Assembly: GCF_035084215.1 (NCBI RefSeq)
Contig: NC_090336.1
Coordinates: 22,444,001-22,508,000, forward strand
Source of the DNA: Heptranchias perlo
Taxonomy: Eukaryota
Length of the DNA: 64,000 nt
Direction: 5' to 3'
Part shown: piece by piece, positions 1 to 12,035 of the stretch
Layout: every line of letters begins with the position of its first letter
How positions within the stretch are numbered: the stretch's first letter is position 1
The notes under the pieces: generated by a model
What the model was told of the DNA's origin: nothing
What the model saw: the letters and a program-made list of their open reading frames with translations, nothing else
Databases searched by the model: none
Translations under genes and position numbers: made by a program

Positions 1-899
1 AATAAGTGTCATGGGGCCCTTTATATCCATCTTATCAGGCAGATGGGGCCACAACTCAACATTTCAAAAAGATGGCATTTTTGACAATGCAGTTGATGTG
101 TGGCAGTCAGCTAAGATTATGTCCTTAAATCCTAGAGAAAGACTTGAATCCATAACTAGACTTAGGTGAAGCAATGGGGCTCTCAGGTGAAAGGGATAAA
201 AGTGAACTATCTGCTTAAGATGTTTGCATCAGAAGCAATTGGATTAAGTGGATATTGCAAGAGCTTGGGCTACAACAGCCATCATCAACCCAAGATATGA
301 TGAAAGTCTCCTGTCTGTTAGGATCCCAAATCAACATGTTTGGAGCAATCTCAATCCAGTTTCTCATGGACATAGCATGAAATTGTCCCCAATAGCAATT
401 AGTCTGCAGCTTGGCTATGGGAAATTTCATTAATGCAGTAAGTAGTGCTCATCCAAAGTTAGAGCCAATGAATCTTTAAATTTCATTTTTAAAAAGTAGA
501 AAAAGCTTGACTTTGCATCTAACCAAGAACTCCTTGAAGACCACACTGGTATCCAGAAGTGTTCCATTCTGCACCATCCTTTAACAGCAAAAGATTTAAG
601 TTTCAAAAAGATTCAACCTGGTAGGAGAACTGGAGCCACTAGAATTGAAACCCCATTTCCACTTTTATGCTGTATTGCTGCAATTCACTCAAGTGGCACA
701 ACAGTATTTAGTCCCAGTGATGTGATTTAACCATGAGAGTTACCATCTGTTCACAACTAGCAAGTAAATGAACCTGCCCTACCAATATGCATCTAAAACA
801 TACTTCAGTATGACAGGTTGAACTGCATTTCAAACACAAACTTATTTTGTTAACACTGAAACTACACAAGCTTTGCTCTAAGAGTTTCCTATCTCAGCT

Positions 900-1135
900 T
901 TGTGTGCTTAGTCTGCACTCAGGTGGACATAAAAATCCCACACCACTATTCAAGAGGACAGGGGAGTTCTCCTGGAGAACAATTATACCTCAACACCTAA
1001 AACAGATGAACTGATCATTTGTTTCATTGCTGTTTGTAGTACCTTGCTGTGCACAAAATGGCTGCTGCATTTCCTACATTACAAAGGCAATTCATTGGCT
1101 GTAAAGTGTTTTGGAACATCCTGAGGTCATGCTTC
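900..1135 (+). mobile_element. Deu-domain SINE (DeuSINE/SacSINE-like) fragment
   Basis: Contains ...cattgctgtttgt...ccttgctgtgcacaaaatggctgctgcatttcctacatt...ttcattggctgtaaagtg..., which resembles the Deu core plus L2-derived tail and recurs at 5785-6160 and 36150-36265. Confidence 0.6.
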
Positions 1136-2449
1136 GCAATACTCCAGCCTATTTTAGAGGGAAATAAATCCTGGGGTGCGTTGGGAAATAAAATAAAACC
1201 TGATGAAGGCAACTGAGTACAGAAAAGTGTTTATAAGGGCAACAGCAACAGGGATCCTGTAACTCAATTAAAGTAGGTTTATGAAAGTTCACCAGTAGTT
1301 GAGATAGTGCAGTATTGTCAATTGTCAGCTCTTGTCTAACAGGATAGTGTAACCTCCAAATCAAAGTTAGAACAAAAGGGCCACTATTGCAATTGCATGT
1401 GAAGGGGGAATTAGCTGTCGCACCCAAGGAAAAAAGATATGATACAAGTAACTTGGGTTGTTGACTTGGCATAGTAGGGATATGCAGTGAGAGAACAAGG
1501 CAAAGCTAGCATGGGTAGGTCAAGAGAGCTTGAAACAGACACTGGTGCTAAGAGGAATTGCATAATTATGGAAGAGACTTCACAGCTGCTGGTGCTTTCC
1601 AGTGATAGATAACTGACCACTGCAAAAAAAGTATGTACTGGGCAATAAGGTACTGGGACCAGTTGATAAGAGGTACAAGGCCTGAAGTGTTAGGCTGCAA
1701 GAAGGAAAATATCTGATTTGACAGTGAATAAAAAAAAGTGTTGGAACAGGCAGGGATATCACTGGTGAAAAATGCTGAGTCATATACCCATGGGACCAAT
1801 GATAAGGTATAAAATAGAGAGTTTCCACCTAGAAGGTGGAGTACAGGAATCCTCTGGACAGACCTCAGCTGGTGCTGTTCCCCGGACAGAGGAGGTTATC
1901 ATTATGATTGCTGTGTCCTGTGCTAAGTAAGGTTGCCTCAGTAGAGATATCCTAACTGTTATGAACTGTTGCTTGTTGATTTTAAAGTCTGTCAAATAAA
2001 GCTTACATTGATTTTAATTATATATATATCCGTAGTCATGTCCAATATCACAGGCCTGAACCCAAATTATTGCCAGAGACACAGTAACTACTAGATTGCA
2101 TTACAGGTTTGATCACACATTCACAACTTAATATACCAGTAAAATGCCTGTGGCATTTGCCTATGGTCAGTTGATGAAAAGTAAACTTTAAAAATAAATA
2201 GCAACTAGTGTTGAGCAACTTCAGAATCTTGTTCCAGAACCACCAAGTGGCCAGAACCTGCAACTACAGTGACAGTTGTCATAGCAAGATTTAATGGAAA
2301 ATGTTGATAAAAGTATCAAAAATCATGTTCATAGGAAGCAAGGTTTGAGGTCGGGAAGGTTGTTAGTGTCACTTATGCAGACAATACAGTGCAGCTCTGG
2401 AGACAAGTACCATCAGCAAATCAGAGAATGTAACATATTCCAAGCTTAC

Positions 2450-2633
2450 CATTCCCATAGAGAACAAGCCCGGTCACCATGCAGACAGGATGCCAGTTAA
2501 ACATCATCCCCGTTCCATCCCAGGCAAATCCTCCCCTGTAACACTTACTCCAGACAGTCACAAATATTATGCAAAGTAGACCAAGGAGGAGAGACAAGGT
2601 GTAGATAAGGTAAAACATATTGCTGCTCTTCAT
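2450..2633 (-). CDS. CYB561A3: Cytochrome b561 family member A3 (lysosomal ascorbate-dependent ferric reductase), first coding exon; downstream exons lie left of the window
   Basis: Translates MKSSNMFYLIYTLSLLLGLLCIIFVTVWSKCYRGGFAWDGTGMMFNWHPVCMVTGLVLYGN, with the RGGFAW..FNWHP motif of the cytochrome b561 family. The short N-terminus and proximity to TMEM138 favour A3. Acceptor tacag| precedes 2640 and donor |GTAAG follows 2450 (184 nt, phase 1). Confidence 0.88.
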
Positions 2634-3079
2634 CTTTGCCCTGTACACCAACAAAAAGAAAAAAAAGTCAATTTTCTCACCCTTTTTCCCCCCTGAAGTT
2701 GCTGACATGTTAAGGTGCAGTTCCACTAACACTGCCAATCCTCCAAGCATCCATAACTTAACATCTGTTCATTACAATGAAGGCAGTAAATACATCATCT
2801 GTGATACTGAACAATATAGACCAGTAAAGTCCCTAGTTCAAACCACAGGCTGTGCCAAAGAACCCCAGTAGCATTTAGAGTACTAAAATAAGAATAGTCA
2901 GAAGGAACTCCAGTATCTCTTGCTGAGAACAGCACATTTAAATATTGTACAATAACAGATTGCACTCAAGTTACAGTGCCCCCAAGATTGATGAGCCTGT
3001 TGATATTGTCTAGGCCAATGCAAATTGTCAATTGGGCAGGGCACCAAATGGCTGCCAACATCAGAGCCTCAGAAAGAAC

Positions 3080-3500
3080 AAACTTGCATTTATATAGCAT
3101 CTTTCATGACCTCAAGACATCCCAAAGCACTTCACAGCCAATGAAGTACTTTTGAAGTGTATCCACTGTTTCAATGTAGAAAAACATGCCAGCCAATTTG
3201 CAAACAGCAACATGATAAATGGTCAGAATTATTTTTTTTAAATGTAAAAAAAAGTTGGTTGAGGGTTAAATATACATTAGAATACTGGGAGGACTCTTCC
3301 TCTTTGAATAGTGATGGATCTTTTACATCCACCCAGGGCCTCAGTTTAACATCTCATCCAAAAGACAGCACCACCAACAATGCAGCACTCCCTCAGCACT
3401 GCACTGGTGTCAGCCTAAATTATCTGTTCTAGTCTCAAGTGAGGCTTGAGCCCACAACTTCTGACTCAGAAGCAAGAGTACTACCACTAAGCTGAGGCTG
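3080..3500 (-). mobile_element. tRNA-derived Deu-type SINE, near full length
   Basis: Reverse complement begins ctcagcttagtggtagtactcttgcttctgagtcagaagttgtgggctcaagcc (A/B-box-like) and ends with the L2-type tail gctatataaatgcaagttt. Confidence 0.65.
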
Positions 3501-5024
3501 AACACTACCCCAACATTAGTAAACAAATGGGGGAAAGACAAAACATTAGCATATTTTTAAAAATTGGAAAAAAGTCAGTTTTACAAAGAAAAATTAGACA
3601 AAACCAGAGTGCTGCACATTGTAACAACTACTTATTCAGTCTATTCCATACATCCAACTCAAATTAGACATATGCTATTCCCCTCCCTCCTGTAAGTGTG
3701 CTGACACTTCCAGGGGTAGGATATCAACACTGGCATCCAGTACCCACTCAAGTGGCCATTGTCCATAGATAAACCTAGTCAATAAGTGTCAGCATGGGGA
3801 AGAAAAGACATCAATTCTATCTGGAGGAAGAGCATCATGAGCAGGAACCCTGGCTAATTGTCATCACCCCAACCTTGGGACATTGAGGCCAATTATAGTA
3901 CTTAAAGTGGTACCCAGCTGACTAAGCAGACAGATTGAATTTGGACTTTCTGATCCATATGGCTCAATGCCACAGCCTTTATGCAAATCTAAGTCAATTT
4001 TCTCTGTACACAATCACTCCAAACAAAATTTAAGCATTTTTTGCAGTTACATATTTCACATCACTTAGCCCAAGAATGACCTTCTCCTTAATATAACTAA
4101 CAGCACAAGATTACTATTAGAATCTTACTGTGAATAAAAATGTGGCAGGAGTTATTCATGATCAAAATAACAGCTCACCTGTATTCCATTTGTGGAACAT
4201 AAAGAGAACTATAATGATTTTAAATTAAAAGCAAACAAACAAGTGGACTTTAAGATGATTAAACAGCAGCACACAACTAAGTGGGTAAATGCACCATATG
4301 GTGTGGTTTTGAGCTTTACAGACTAGAAAGTAAGTCTGTGCAAAGTTACTGGATACTAGAAGGAGCAGCTATCAGCCATCATAACTACTTTCATATCACA
4401 CAAGATCCACCAGCACAAGTCTCATAGCTGGTGACAACCCCAAAGTAAACTTGCCAGATCCCAAGAGTACACAAGTTGTCCAATTACAGAATTGCTGAAC
4501 AGCAACTGACATCAAACAATTTCCCTTGAGCAGGTATCAAAGAAACTGATCACATGAAATCTATACAACTTTAGAAAATTACACCTATGAATTAAATTGA
4601 AGTTACTAATTTTGGTGGTAAATACATTACAGATATAAACACATTCAAGTATCTGCATAACTACAGTGTTTTAAGTGTTCCTAAAGCACCTCTTTAAATA
4701 GCTTATGAAGCCATTGCACAATTTGATTACATAGTGCCACTTGTGGAAATGTTGAAAAAATGCATTAATAAAGCACTAGGGACCTTTCCTCTAACAGTAA
4801 ACCAAATGGCATACTTTTGCTTAAGCACAGGTGTGAAACTTAGTGTTAAAATATTCTATTTTTTTCCTGACAGCAGTTTATACCGTGGGATTTAAAGGGA
4901 CATCGCTTTCTTGAAAGCTTCACACAAACTGACTTCCCCTTTCAATTTCACATACAACAGATTTTTTTTTAAAATCGTTTTAACCTGCGATTGCTAGTCT
5001 CTCCAAAAGTTTACAACTCTTTAC

Positions 5025-5240
5025 CTCACACCTCCGCTCTCTAGAATAGACAGTCACGTTACAGCCACTTTTATACTCGGCCTTCGGTCACATGCTCTAA
5101 TGGTCTCTGGGGAGGTCCCGCATCCAGTACGCATGCGTATCAATCCCAATGCGTTGCGGATGTTGTAGTCCATGGACGCTTCCCTGGGAATGCAGCGGGA
5201 CACTGGACTACAACTCCCACAATGCAACCGTGCCCACAAT
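5025..5240 (-). promoter_or_regulatory. Probable CYB561A3 promoter and non-coding first exon
   Basis: CpG-enriched patch. Minus-strand donor GAG|GTAAAG at 5025/5024; TATAAAA (-) 5069-5075; GTCACGTT and GTCACATG E-box/CLEAR-like motifs at about 5053 and 5087; NRF1-like palindrome TACGCATGCGTA 5128-5139; ZNF143/THAP11-type ACTACAACTCCCACAATGC 5207-5225 plus an inverted weaker copy at 5151-5169. Confidence 0.7.
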
Positions 5241-5274
5241 TCCCTCCTGGAGGAGCCCTTGTCATTTTAAAGAG

Positions 5275-5429
5275 GACAAGGGCTGAGGAAGGAGGCAAAC
5301 ATTTGCCTGAGGAAGGAGGAAATCTCCGAAAGCTTGTGAATTTAAAATAAAATTGCTGGACTATAACTTGGTGTTGTAAAATTGTTTACAATTGTCAACC
5401 CCAGTCCATCACCGGCATCTCCACATCAT
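5275..5429 (+). mobile_element. Short non-coding Penelope-like (pseudo-LTR) fragment carrying a hammerhead motif
   Basis: 5301-5393 is nearly identical to the 3' end of the GIY-YIG element (15395-15487) and is flanked by a TCATTTTAAAGAG direct repeat (5262-5274 and 5426-5438). Confidence 0.8.
5301..5341 (+). ncRNA. Minimal type-I hammerhead ribozyme motif (copy 1)
   Basis: ATTTGC-CTGAGGA-A-GGAGG aaa TCTCC-GAAA-GC-TT-GTGAAT: CUGANGA/GAAA core, stem II, palindromic AGCU stem III, stem I AUUUGC/GUGAAU. Confidence 0.72.
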
Positions 5430-5784
5430 TTTAAAGAGAATCGACCCCTAAAGGATTCCTGAAACTGAAACTTGTTAATATTTTAGTTTCTACCCCATCT
5501 CCCATGGGGATACTGTACTGGTGGTAAGGAAGAGGTTCTAAATGGTGATTTTTTTTTAAAAGAGGCACTGTCACCATAAGACACAGATCCTTGGAGGCAG
5601 ATAATTATGTTCACAAACAAAATTATGAGGTCTGGTTCAGATTTTAGAAATTTCCTGGCACTTTACTCAAAATCTGGACTGTCCAGGTTAAATTAGGAGA
5701 GTTGGCAAGTGTACTTCTTCTGCCCCTCCATCACATCTGGAAATGGTATCAAACTTAGATTTTTACTGTTAAATTTTTAAGTGT

Positions 5785-6160
5785 CAGCCGAGCTCAGCGA
5801 TAGCACTCTTGCCCCTATGCCTACAAACCCCCTCATCAGAGACCTAACTCTACAGTTTGGGTTGACACTTCAGTGCAGTACTGAGCAAATGCTGTCTTTT
5901 GGATGAGATATTAAACTGAGGCACTATCTGTCCTCTTAAGTGGATATTTGAAGAAGAGCAGAGGGTTTGTTCTTCTCAACATTTATCTGTCAACCAACAC
6001 CACCAAAATAGATTATCTGGTGATGTGGGACCTTGCTGTGCACGATTTGGCTGCTGCATCTGCCCTCAATGGTGACTACACTTTGAAAGTAGTTCATTGG
6101 CTGTGAAACACTTGGGATGTTTTGGGGACGTGAAAGGTGCTATATAAATGCATGTTCTTC
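5785..6160 (+). mobile_element. tRNA-derived Deu-type SINE
   Basis: tRNA-like head (gctcagcgatagcactcttgcc), Deu core (caccaaaatagattatctgg...gaccttgctgtgcac), tail gaaaggtgctatataaatgca. Confidence 0.65.
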
Positions 6161-6179
6161 CTTTATTTTTATCTTTCCC

Positions 6180-6570
6180 GCAATTCCCTGATCAGGTTTC
6201 CGTCCACAGTACTGAATCGATCCTAACCAAAATAAAAAATGACATCCCCCGTGACTGTGGTGCATTATACAGCCTCAACTTCTCTGTAGCCGTGGATATG
6301 ATTGACCACAGCATTCTCTTCCAACGCCCTCCTCCATTGTCCAGTTGGGTGGTACTGCCCTCACTGGTTTCACTCTTATCCAATAGTAGTTACAGCATCT
6401 CCAAAAATGACTTCCTGCCCTTGCATCTTCAGGGTCCCCTGAGGATATAGCCTTGGACCCCTCCTCTTCTTCATCTATACGCTGCCTCTTGGTGACATCA
6501 TCCACAGACTTGGGGTCAGCTTCCACATGTACACTGATGACATCCAGCTCCACTTCTCCACCACCCACCT
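6180..6570 (+). mobile_element. Decayed L2 LINE RT fragment
   Basis: Translation HSTESILTKIKNDI...AVDMIDHSILFQR and a downstream YTDDIQL-like motif match L2 reverse transcriptase. Confidence 0.6.
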
Positions 6571-6598
6571 TGAACCCTCCACTTGCTCTATGTTGTCA

Positions 6599-6860
6599 TA
6601 CAGACCGGAAGGTTCCAGGTTCAATCCCCAGTCTGCGTTGAGTTAGCTGACCTCAGTTAGGGCACTACAATTGGGCATTCCTGGGCAAGAGAAGTAAGAA
6701 ATCAGTGAGAGTTTTCACTTCTGATTGCTATCTACTGACCTTTGCTGAAAAATCCACATTAAGACAGGTTTGAGTTCAGCTGTGTTGCTGTCCGTCATTG
6801 AATAGCTAGCAGACACTTGCTATCTAGCATCACCCATGAAGACTGGGCACTTGGAGGGGT
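6599..6860 (+). mobile_element. Second tRNA-derived SINE family (representative copy; related decayed copies at about 3700-3970, 27700-28020, 41130-41470, 42640-42980, 49690-49980, 52990-53270, 56990-57420)
   Basis: B-box-like GGTTCAATCCCC followed by agtctg..gagttagctgacctcag; the same motif or its reverse complement (ctgagatcagctaactc...ggatcgaacctggg) recurs throughout the window. Confidence 0.5.
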
Positions 6861-7279
6861 GAAAATTGGGGGGAAATATATTAATGAGTGGGGATAGACC
6901 ATCTCTTAATGTAATGGCTCGCTTACTCTCACTACAGAACAAAAGAGAGCAATGATGAATTCTGGTGTCTAGAACTGAAAGTGCCAGTCAAGCAGGCCAA
7001 CAAATGGAGAAATATCCATAGACGTAGGAAAAAGAAAGGGACCAGGACTTAGAATATATGGTTATTTAATTTCAGTGTAAATGTAGGTTTTATTGGTGGG
7101 AGGGAGTTCAGTGGAGAAAGAGTAAAGCATGTCTTGTGAAAATTAAATCCTTAGCTTGACAATCAGCTTCAATGGCAAAATTGGATGTTGCCAAGCAAAG
7201 TTCAATCAGACCCTTAGAAACTTAGAAAATTTATGGCACACGGAAGGAGGCCATTCAACCCATCATGTCTGTGCCCGTC

Positions 7280-8285
7280 AAAATTTTTTTTATTATTTCG
7301 TGGGATGTGGGTGTCGCTGGCGAGGCCAGCATTTATTGCCCATCCCTAATTGCCCTTGAGAAGGTGGTGGTGAGTCGCTTTCGTGAACGGCTGCAGTCCG
7401 TGTGGTGAAGGTTCTCCCACAGTGCTATTAGGAAGGGAGTTCCAGGATTTTGACCCAGCGACAATGAAGGAACAGTGATATATTTCCAAGTCGGGATGGT
7501 GTGTGACTTGGAGGGGAACGTGCAGGTGGTGTTGTTCCCATGTACCTGCTGCTCTTGTCCTTCTAGTTGGTAGAGGTCGCGGGTTTGGGAGGTACTGTTG
7601 AAGAAGCCTTGGCAAGTTGCTGCAGTGCATCCTGTGGATGGTACACGCTGCAGCCACAGTGCACCAGTGGTGAAGGGAGTGAATGTTTAGGGTGGTGGAT
7701 GGGGTGCCAATCAAGCGGGCTGCTTTGTCCTGGATGGTGTTGAGCTTCTTGAGTGTTGTTGGAGCTGCACTCATCCAGGCAAGTGGAGAGTATTCCATCA
7801 TACTCCTGACTTGTGCCTTGTAGATGGTGGAAAGGCTTTGAGGAGTCAGGAGGTGAGTCACTCGCCGCAGAATACCCAGTCTCTGACCTGCTCTTGTAGC
7901 CACAGTATTTATATGGCTGGTTCAGTTAAGTTTCTGGTCAATGGTGACCCCCAGGATGTTGATGGTGGGGGATTCGGCGATGGTAATGCCGCTGAATGTC
8001 AAGGGGAGGTGGTTAGACTCTCTCTTGTTGGAGATGGTCATTGCCTGGCACTTGTCTGGCACGAATGTTACTTGCCACTTATCAGCCCAAGCCTGGATGT
8101 TGTCCAGGTCTTGCTGCATGCGGACATGGACTGCTTCATTATCTGAGGGGTTGCAAATGGAACTGAACACTGTGCAATCATCAGCGAACATCCCCATTTC
8201 TGACCTTATGATGGAGGGAAGGTCATTGATGAAGCAGCTGAAGATGGTTGGGCTTAGGACACTGCCCTGAGGAACTCCTGCAGAA
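7280..8285 (-). mobile_element. 5'-truncated CR1-clan LINE ('family B'), nested in the 3' UTR of a CR1
   Basis: RT motifs [10 protein letters not shown] and FADD with C-terminal ...HHHLLKGN*. Host CR1 3' end at about 7215-7278 resumes at about 8290. Confidence 0.85.
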
Positions 8286-8289
8286 ATAG

Positions 8290-9050
8290 AGGCAGAAATA
8301 GAGCTACCCAGCCTAATCCCACTTTCCAGCACTTGGTCCGTATCCTTGTAGGTTACGGCACTTCAAGTGCATATCCAGGCACCTTTTAAATGTGATGGGG
8401 GTTTCTGCCTCTACCACCCTTTCAGGCAGTGAGTTCCAGACTCACACCACCCTCTGGGTGAAAAACATTTTCCTCAGCGCCCCTCCAATCCTTCTACCAA
8501 TCATTTTAAATCTATGCCCCCTGGTTATTGACCCCTCTGCTAAGGGAAACAGGTCCTTCCTATCCACTCGATCTAGGCCCCTCATAATTTTATACACCTC
8601 AATCAAATCTCCCCTCAGCCTCCTCTGTTCCAAAGAAAACAATCCCAGTCTATCCAATCTTTCCTCATAGCTAAAATTCTCCAGTCCTGGCAACATCCTC
8701 ATAAATCTCCTCTGTACCCTCTCTAGTGCAATCGCATCTTTCCTGTAATGTGGTGACCAGAACTGTACTCAGTACTCAAACTGTGGCGTAACTAGTATTT
8801 TATACAGCTTGAGCATAATCTCCCTGCTCTTGTATTCTATGCCTTGGCTAATAAAGGAAAGTATTCCATAAGCCTTTTTAACCTCCTTGTCTACCTGTCC
8901 TGCTACCTTCAGCAATCTGTGGACATGCACTCCAAGTTCCCTCTCTTCCCCTACACCTCTCAGTATCCTCCCATTTATTGTGTATTCCCTTGCCTTGTTT
9001 GCCCTCCCCAAATGTATTACCTCACAGTTCTCCAGATTGAATTCCATTGG
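8290..9050 (-). mobile_element. CR1 LINE 3' fragment
   Basis: ORFs 8769-9059 and 8442-8702 (YEERLDRLGLFSLEQRRLRGDLIEVYKI), typical CR1 ORF2 C-terminus. Confidence 0.88.
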
Positions 9051-9069
9051 GCCCATCATGTCTGTGGTG

Positions 9070-9910
9070 GCTCTTTGCTAGAGCAATCCAAGAGCCTTGC
9101 ACTCTCTCCATAGCCTTGTATTTTCCTCTGCTTCAAATATTTATCCAACTTTCCCTTAAAGATTCATTGGTCTCTGCCTCAACCACTCTCTTGTAGCAAA
9201 GCATTTTTCCAACAACACTTTGCACAAAATCTCTCCTAGCCTCTCTCCACACTCCCCAAGTGACAATTTTAAAATGATGATCCCTCATCACTAACTCCTC
9301 AAGAAGAGAAAATAGTCTTTCCCTATTCACCCAATCAAAACCCTTCATAATTTTAAAAGCTTTTATTAAATCTCCTCTAAGTGTTCTCTGCTTCAGTGGA
9401 AATAAGCCCAGTATCTCAAGAGTCTCCTCATAACTATAGTTTCCCATTCCTGGCATTATCCTGCTGAAGAATCTTCATGTATGAGCCTAGACAGTGATTG
9501 TTGACGGGCTATTAAACCGTAGATGAGATCATAGCTAAGTCTAATCATGTCCTCACCAATGTCAACGTATGCATATTCTGACAGGGGTCACTGGATAATG
9601 GTCGGAAATGGGAATCACACCTGATTTTCCCCCCTTCCTGGGCCTGGAATACTGAAGCCAACTGTAGGACTGCAATTGCATAGAATTATATAGAATCTAC
9701 AGCACAGAAACGAGCCATTTGGCCTAACTGGTCTATGCCGGTGTTTATGCTCCACACAAGCCTCCTCCCACCCTTCCATCTAACCCTATCAGCACATCCT
9801 TCTATTCTTTTCTCCCTCACGTACTTATCTAGCTTCCCCTTAAATTCGTCTATGCTGTTTGCCTCAAACACTCTATGTGGTAATGAATTCCACATTCTCA
9901 CCACTCTCTG
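9070..9910 (-). mobile_element. Two further decayed CR1 3' fragments (about 9070-9460 and 9685-9910) with a SINE remnant between
   Basis: LRGDLIKAFKIMKGFD and WNSLPHRVFEANSIDEFKGKLD motifs. Confidence 0.75.
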
Positions 9911-9974
9911 AGTAAATTACCCTCCCTTTTTGACATTCTGTGAATTACTGAACTTTGGCACCTTGGTGAGAATA

Positions 9975-10665
9975 GCTGTCTTTGACATCAGGAATAATTT
10001 GACCCAGTATGGCACCAATGAACCCTAGAAAAATAGATCAGTGAGGGTAAATAAGAAAACCCTCCAGTGGCTGGGGTCAAATCTGACACACTGGAAGATG
10101 GTCATGGTTGTTGGAGGCCAATCATCACAGCCCCATACGTCACTGCCAGAGTTCCTCAGGGCAGCATCCTTGGCTCAACCATCTTCAGTTGTTTAATCAA
10201 TGGTCTTCTCAGTGGGGGTGTTCACTGATGATTCTACAGTGGTCAGCTCTATTTACAACTCTTCCGATAATGGCGCAGCCCATGCCAACCTACAGCAGCG
10301 CCAGGATCCAATATCCAGGTTTGGGCTGACAAGTGGCAGGTAATATTTGTGCCACATAAGTGCCAGACAATGATCATCTCCAACAAGAAAAGGTCCAACC
10401 CCCTCCCCCTGAACCTCAATGGTACCATAATCCCTGAGTTCTCACCAACAACATTCTGGGGCTCGCCATTGACCAAAAAGCTTAACTGGACCATCCATAT
10501 CAACACCGTGGTTACAAGAGCAGGTCAGAGGCTGGCTACTCCGCGATGAGTGGCTCACCTTCTGGCCCCTCAGTACTTTTCCACCACCTACAAGGTTCGT
10601 GTCGGGAGAGCGATGGAATACTCACCACTTACCAGATGGATGTAGGTGCAACAACACTCAAGAAA
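9975..10665 (+). mobile_element. Old, heavily decayed family-B LINE fragment
   Basis: Degenerate parallel of 10900-11610 (KCQTMIISNKKRSNPLPL...NTVVTRAGQRL). Confidence 0.7.
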
Positions 10666-10744
10666 CATAGAATTCCACGTTCCATGTTATGTAGTATTGC
10701 ACGGATCTCATGGGAATTTCCTATTCTTAGCTACTGTAAAATAG

Positions 10745-12035
10745 TGCTATCAAGCGGCACTTACTCACCAATAATCTGCTCACCGATACCAATATTCAGT
10801 TTGGGTTCCGTCAGGACCACTCGGCTCCAGACCTTATTGCAGCTTTGATCCAAACATGGACAAAAGAGCTGAATTCCAGAGGTGAGGTGAGAGTGACTGC
10901 CCTTGACATCAAGGCAGTTTTTAACTGAGTGTGGCACCAAGGAGCCCTAGTTAAATTGAAGTCAATGGGAATCAGGGGGAAAACTCTCCAGTGGCTGGAA
11001 TCATACTTAGCACAAAGGAAGATGGTCGTGGTTGTTGGAGGCCATTCATCTCAGCCCCAGGACATTGATGCAGGAGTTCCTCAGGGCAGTGTCCTAGGCC
11101 CAACCATCTTCAGCTGCTTCATCAATGATCTTCCCTCCATCATAAGGTCAGAAATGGGGATGTTTGCTGATGATTGCACAGTGTTCAGTTCCATTCACAA
11201 CCCCTCAGATAATGAAGCAGTCCGTGCCTGCATGCAGCAAGATCTGGACAACATCCAGGCTTGGGCTGATAAGTGGCAAGTAACATTCGTGCCAGACAAG
11301 TGCCAGGCAATGACCATCTCCCATCAAGAGAGAGTCTAACCACCTCCCCTTGACATTCAACGGCATTACCATTGCCGAATCCTCCACCATCAACATCCTG
11401 GGGGTCACCATTGACCAGAAACTTAACTGGACCAGCCACATAAATACTGTGGCTTCAAGAGCAGGTCAGAGGCTGGGTATTCTGTGGCGAGTGACTCACC
11501 TCCTGACTCCCCAAAGCCTTTCCACCATCTACAAGGCACAAGTCAGGAGTGTGATGGAATACTCTCCACTTGCCTGGATGAGTGCAGCTCCAATAACACT
11601 CAAGAAGCTCGACACCATCTACCACCCTAAACATTCATTCCCTTCACCACCGGCACACCGTGGCTGCAGTGTGTAACATTCACAGGATGTACTGCAGCAA
11701 CTTACCAAGGCTTCTTCGACAGCACCTCCCAAACCCACGACCTCTACCATCTAGAAGGACAAGGGCAGCAGGTACATGGGAACAACACCACCTGCACGTT
11801 CCCCTCCAAATCACACACCATCCCGGCTTGGAAATATATTACCGTTCCTTCATCGTCGCTCGGTCAATATCCTGGAACTCCCTTCCTAACATCACTGTGG
11901 GAGAACCTTCACCACACGGACTGCAGCGGTTCAAGAAGGCAGCTCACCACCACCTTCTCAAGGGCAATTAGGGATGCGCAATAAATGCTAGCCTTGCCAT
12001 CGAAACCCACATCTCATGAACGAATAATAAAAAAA
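10745..12035 (+). mobile_element. 5'-truncated family-B LINE with A-rich tail
   Basis: RT domain (WHQGALVKLKSMGIRG...[10 protein letters not shown]...FADD), frameshifted, ending HHHLLKGN* then gaacgaataataaaaaaa. Confidence 0.88.

Noticed and set aside
215-433. ORFs as the next CYB561A3 exon
   Set aside because: No resemblance to the expected LVYR..WKLLH..HSWLG segment in the frames examined; the next exon is presumably left of the window.
1199-1232. CTGATGAAGG...GAAA as a hammerhead
   Set aside because: No credible stem II or stem I pairing.
2421-2750. 109-aa ORF as a complete protein
   Set aside because: Only 2450-2633 is exonic CYB561A3; the flanks are the polypyrimidine tract and intron.
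6599-6640. tRNA gene (B-box GGTTCAATCCC)
   Set aside because: No cloverleaf; it is the head of a SINE repeated many times in the window.
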